Shown here piece after piece: positions 59,710 to 64,000 of a DNA stretch of 64,000 bases (position 1 is the first letter of the stretch; the number at the start of each line of letters is the position of its first letter). This DNA comes from an uncultured bacterium (lineage in GTDB: Bacteria; Oederibacteriota; PGYV01; CAWJRG01), in contig CAWJRG010000005.1 in assembly GCA_963845185.1 (NCBI GenBank), positions 544,001 through 608,000 on the forward strand, given 5' to 3'. Both the position numbers and the translations under genes were made by a program. The notes under the pieces are model-generated. The model was not told where the DNA came from, ran no database searches, and saw nothing but the letters and a program-made list of their open reading frames with translations.

Positions 59710-62700
59710 CTATTTTATATTCTTTGTTTTGAGGATTCCTATTTCCTTTTGTTTCCATATTAAAAATATCGCCGGATACACCAGCAGCTCCATGATAAAA
59801 GAAGTAAGTATGCCTCCCACCATGGGTGCCGCAATGCGCTTCATCACGTCTGCGCCTGCCTCGCTGCTTGATGCCCACATAATCGGCAAAAGCCCTGCGA
59901 ACATGGTCATGACAGTCATCATTTTCGGCCTCAGCCTTTTTACCGCGCCATGTTGTATTGCCTCTTTTAAATCAGCAATGGTTTTCATCATTCCTTTTTG
60001 TTTTGCTTCGTTATAAGCCAGGTCAAGGTATAAGAGCATGAATATGCCTGTCTCTGCGTCCACGCCGAGTAGGGCTATGATTCCGCACCATACGCCTATT
60101 GACATGTTGTATCCCAGTATGTGCAAAGCCCAGACAGCGCCGACAAGCGAAAAAGGCACTGCCAGTAATATTATTAATGTCTTTATGTAGGACCTGGTGT
60201 TCATGTAAATCAGTATAAACACGATAAAAAGCGTGAGCGGCAGCACAAGCCACATCCTCTGCTTCACCCTTTCCATGAATTCATACTGCCCGGAAAAAAC
60301 AAGCGAATATCCCGGAGGCATTTTTAAATATTTTTTTAACTTGGCTTTTGCCTCATCCACATACCCGCCTATATCACGACCGGACACGTCCACGTATACA
60401 TATCCGCAAAGGCTCCCGTCCTCGTCTCTTATCATGCCCGGCCCTGTTGCCAGGCTTATTTCCGCAACCTGCGAAATCGGTATCTGCTTGCCAGACATCG
60501 TTGTAATGTATGTCCTCTTTAGCTTTTCGATGTCATCGCGTAAATCCCTTGGATACCTCACGTTTACCGGGAACCTCTCCCTGCCCTCAATGGTCTGGGT
60601 GATGTTTTCCCCTCCTATTGCCGCCATTATTGTTGTCTGCACGTCATCTATTGAAAGCCCGTACCTGGCAATCTCCTGCCTTATTATATTGAAATTGACA
60701 AAGTACCCGCCCACTGTCCGCTCGCTGAACACGCTTCTTGTGCCATTGATGCCCGTCAAAATCATTTCAATATCCTTGCCTATTTTTTGAATCCCGGACA
60801 AATCGCTGCCGTATATCTTTATGCCTACGGGCGTACGTATGCCCGTTGCCAGCATGTCTATCCTGGCTTTAATGGGCATTGTCCATGAGTTTACCTGTCC
60901 GGGTAGTTTCAGCGCTGCGTCCATTTCCGTAATAAGTTCGTCCCATGTTCTGCGTTCCGGCCAGAAAAGCTCAAAAGGCGCTTTTAAAAATCCCGGGATT
61001 ATATTCGAATACCACCTTTGTTTTTTCCTCCACTCATCCTGCGGCTTCAAAAGCACGGTTGTTTCCATCATGGAATAAGGCGCAGGGTCAGTGGATGTAT
61101 TTGCCCTGCCTGCCTTGCCGAATACGCTCACAACCTCGGGAAATGATTTTAAAATCTTGTCCTGCACCTGGAGAAGTTTCGATGCCTCGGTAACCGATAT
61201 TCCGGGCAGGGTTGTGGGCATGTAAAGTATGGAGCCTTCGTTCAAAGGCGGCATGAATTCCTTGCCGAGCGTAAAAAAGAAAGGCAATGACAAAAGCAGG
61301 ACAGCAACAGCGGCAATGATTATTTGTTTCGGCCTTTTAAGCACAAAATCAATCATAGACCCGTAATATTTAAAAAGGAATTTTGATACCGGGTGCTTTT
61401 CCTCAGAACGTATTTCACCGATAAGTACTGAATTGACAAAACCGCCGGTGCCCGTCTTTTTAATTCCGGATTTTTTTGCCTTTATGAAAACCGTAATCAA
61501 AGCAGGCGCGAGGGTTATCGCGAGTATTGCCGCGAAAAACATGGCGAAATTCTTCGTATACGCCAGCGGCTTGAAGAGCCTGCCCTCGACTGATTCGAGG
61601 GTAAATATCGGGATAAAAGAAACCGCAATAACGAGCAAAGAAAAAAATGATGGCCCTGCCACTTCCTTTATTGCCGCGAGCATAACCGGCCTGTAATCGC
61701 CCTTTGAGCCCTGCTCCTGCCATGCCGCGAGTTTTTTATGCGTGTTTTCCACCACCACTATTGCAGCGTCCACCATGGCGCCTATTGCTATTGCTATGCC
61801 GCCGAGAGACATTATGTTCGCGGTCAGGCCTATGTAGCGCATGGGTATAAAGGATATGAGCACGGCTATGGGTAAAAGCAAAATTGGTATAAAAGCAGAC
61901 GGCAGATGCGTGAGGAATATTATTATTACAAGCGAAACTATTATCATTTCCTCAATGAGCTTGGCTTTCAGGGTGTCGATAGAGCGCTTTATAAGGTCAG
62001 ACCTGTCGTACGTGGTGACAATTTTTACTCCCTCAGGCAGCTGTACCTCCTGCAGTTTCTTTTTCACTGCCTGTATTACTTTAAACGCGTTTTCGTTGTA
62101 CCTCATGACCACGATTCCGCCAACTGCCTCGCCTACGCCGTTAAACTCAGCCACTCCCCGCCTGATATCGGGTCCGAACTGCACTTTTGCCACGTCTTTT
62201 ATTTTTACCGGTATTCCCTGGTCGTTTACTTTTAAAACTATTTCCTCAATGTCTGATTTGCTGTTTATGTACCCGTTTGCTGTTACCATGTATTCGGTGC
62301 CGGAAAACTCAAGGAGCCTGGCGCCTATGGACTGGTTTGAGTTTTTTACAGCTTCCACAACCCTTGATATCGGTATGTTATAGGCCAGCAGCGCGTTCGG
62401 GTTCACGACTACCTGGTACTGTTTGGTAAAACCGCCCACTGACGCGGCCTCGGCCACGCCTTTCACAGACTGCAAGGCGTATTTCAAGTGCCAGTCCTGA
62501 AATGTCTTAAGCTGCTCGAGCGAATTCTTCCTGGAATAATCCACAAGAGCGTATTCATAAACCCATCCCACGCCTGTCGCGTCGGGCCCGAGCTCGGTTT
62601 TTACGCCTGAAGGAAGCTGGTTTTGTATTTTTGAAAGGTATTCCAGCACGCGCGAGCGCGCCCAGTAAACGTCAGTGCCGTCCTCAAAAATGACGTAGAC

Positions 62701-62973
62701 ATAAGAGAACCCGTAATCTGAAAATGCCCTCACGTCCTTTACTTTTGGCGCGCCTAAAAGCGCTGATACTATCGGGTAGGTCACCTGGTCCTCGACTATC
62801 TGCGGCGGCCTGTCCCACTGCGAGTAAACTATGACCTGCGTATCAGACAAATCAGGTATGGCGTCAAGCGGCATGGTTGCAATAGACCATATGCTCCAGG
62901 CAACTGCAAACGCCGCTGCGATAAATATGAAGACCCTGTTTTTTGCCGACCATTCGATGATTTGATTAATCAC
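59710..62973 (-). CDS. cusA: CusA/CzcA heavy-metal efflux RND permease
   Basis: DAIPDLSDTQV, GPDATGVGW, AIGAMVDAA, RLRPKMMT. Confidence 0.93.
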   Translation of the reverse strand: MINQIIEWSAKNRVFIFIAAAFAVAWSIWSIATMPLDAIPDLSDTQVIVYSQWDRPPQIVEDQVTYPIVSALLGAPKVKDVRAFSDYGFSYVYVIFEDGTDVYWARSRVLEYLSKIQNQLPSGVKTELGPDATGVGWVYEYALVDYSRKNSLEQLKTFQDWHLKYALQSVKGVAEAASVGGFTKQYQVVVNPNALLAYNIPISRVVEAVKNSNQSIGARLLEFSGTEYMVTANGYINSKSDIEEIVLKVNDQGIPVKIKDVAKVQFGPDIRRGVAEFNGVGEAVGGIVVMRYNENAFKVIQAVKKKLQEVQLPEGVKIVTTYDRSDLIKRSIDTLKAKLIEEMIIVSLVIIIFLTHLPSAFIPILLLPIAVLISFIPMRYIGLTANIMSLGGIAIAIGAMVDAAIVVVENTHKKLAAWQEQGSKGDYRPVMLAAIKEVAGPSFFSLLVIAVSFIPIFTLESVEGRLFKPLAYTKNFAMFFAAILAITLAPALITVFIKAKKSGIKKTGTGGFVNSVLIGEIRSEEKHPVSKFLFKYYGSMIDFVLKRPKQIIIAAVAVLLLSLPFFFTLGKEFMPPLNEGSILYMPTTLPGISVTEASKLLQVQDKILKSFPEVVSVFGKAGRANTSTDPAPYSMMETTVLLKPQDEWRKKQRWYSNIIPGFLKAPFELFWPERRTWDELITEMDAALKLPGQVNSWTMPIKARIDMLATGIRTPVGIKIYGSDLSGIQKIGKDIEMILTGINGTRSVFSERTVGGYFVNFNIIRQEIARYGLSIDDVQTTIMAAIGGENITQTIEGRERFPVNVRYPRDLRDDIEKLKRTYITTMSGKQIPISQVAEISLATGPGMIRDEDGSLCGYVYVDVSGRDIGGYVDEAKAKLKKYLKMPPGYSLVFSGQYEFMERVKQRMWLVLPLTLFIVFILIYMNTRSYIKTLIILLAVPFSLVGAVWALHILGYNMSIGVWCGIIALLGVDAETGIFMLLYLDLAYNEAKQKGMMKTIADLKEAIQHGAVKRLRPKMMTVMTMFAGLLPIMWASSSEAGADVMKRIAAPMVGGILTSFIMELLVYPAIFLIWKQKEIGILKTKNIK

Positions 62974-63050
62974 TTCTTCTGCTCCTGATTCTTATCTGTC
63001 TTTCAGCTTCCAATCCTCCAACCTTCCATGCCTCAAACCCTCAGCTTTTT

Positions 63051-64000
63051 TCACTTCCCCATCTGCCCGAGCGCGGCCTTTAACTCACTCTCTGAATCTA
63101 TAAGAAAATTCGCGTTTATTGCCACCTTTTCTCCTTCTGCAAGGCCCATGCTTACGACGTAATAGCCGCCTATCTTCGGCCCGAGCACAACATACCTCGG
63201 CTCAAAATACCCGTCTCCCTTGTCCACAAAAGCAATCTGCTTTGAGCCTGTGTCCATTATCGCATCTTCCGGCACTGACAGGAAAATCCCTACCGGCGAT
63301 TTTATTTTTACATTTACATACATCTCCGGTTTCAGTACACCGCCGGAATTTTTTACAAGTATCCTAACCCTTACGCTTCTTGTCTCCGGGTTTAATGCCG
63401 GATCAATGGCAACCACTTTGCCTGTTAAAGTTTCGCTGCCGGCAAAATCCAGAGTTACTTCTGCTTCAGCGCCCCTCTTCACGTATTTTAAATCGTCCTG
63501 GTAGACCTGCGCGTAAATCCACGCGGAACTCCCGCCCTCGGAGATAAGCAGGGATTTATCCGGTTCTGCCTTTCCCTCAAGCCCTTCTATCTGCTCCTGG
63601 CTTAGGCCCATGACCTTTAAGCGTGTTGCTGCAGATTCAAGCGCGTCTTTTGCCGATACCATAGCCTGTATGTCTCCTTCGGCTTTTACCTTCCTGAAAC
63701 TTGAAGCCGCGGATATATACTGCTGCTGCGCGTAATAAAGTTCCGGATCATACGCTACTACTCCTGGCGCCTGCACAGTGTTACCCAGGCTGCGCTTTGC
63801 AACCGTATCCGTGCGCACGTTTATGAGCTGTTGCTTATCAGGGTTTATTTTTACGACAACCCTGTCAGGCATTTCCGCGTTTTCTTTTTCCTGCCCGCCG
63901 GAATTTTTTATAGACTCAACAGGCACCAGCTTCATTCCGCATATCGGGCAGTCCCCGGGTTTGTCGGTTATGTAGTAAGGGTGCATGGGGCATGTCCACA
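63051..64000 (-). CDS. cusB: CusB-like RND periplasmic adaptor, 5'-partial
   Basis: WTCPMHP...CPICGM metal-binding motif, LKPEMY, NFLIDSES; upstream of cusA. Confidence 0.88.
   Translation of the reverse strand, partial: WTCPMHPYYITDKPGDCPICGMKLVPVESIKNSGGQEKENAEMPDRVVVKINPDKQQLINVRTDTVAKRSLGNTVQAPGVVAYDPELYYAQQQYISAASSFRKVKAEGDIQAMVSAKDALESAATRLKVMGLSQEQIEGLEGKAEPDKSLLISEGGSSAWIYAQVYQDDLKYVKRGAEAEVTLDFAGSETLTGKVVAIDPALNPETRSVRVRILVKNSGGVLKPEMYVNVKIKSPVGIFLSVPEDAIMDTGSKQIAFVDKGDGYFEPRYVVLGPKIGGYYVVSMGLAEGEKVAINANFLIDSESELKAALGQMGK

Overview
Bacterial chromosomal window of moderate GC, mostly minus-strand housekeeping and metabolic genes: nadE, acyl-CoA ligase, sufCB, larE, a glpK glycerol operon, xth, gpmA, eno, mgtA, malQ, ogg, tatAC with Fe-S substrates, an ABC-F ATPase, and a CusA/CusB efflux pair. 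It also carries several secreted beta-propeller proteins. Three things stand out. (1) An unannotated ~100-nt two-hairpin 5'-leader element with compensatory base changes occurs in 5 full copies and 1 truncated copy. It is always in sense orientation and ends directly at the Shine-Dalgarno of unrelated genes. Two copies carry the same ~70-bp double-hairpin module inserted into different loops. (2) An AT-rich island (~35.9-44.5 kb) holds an AEP primase-SF2 helicase fusion, a double-HxK PLD-like nuclease and its coupled partner gene, and is hit by an IS3-family element; it is a probable defence/conflict locus. (3) Many small palindromic repeats are present, several inserted in frame inside proteins. 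Four single-base frameshifts may be assembly errors. No rRNA, tRNA or CRISPR array was seen. All assignments are by eye; no searches were run.
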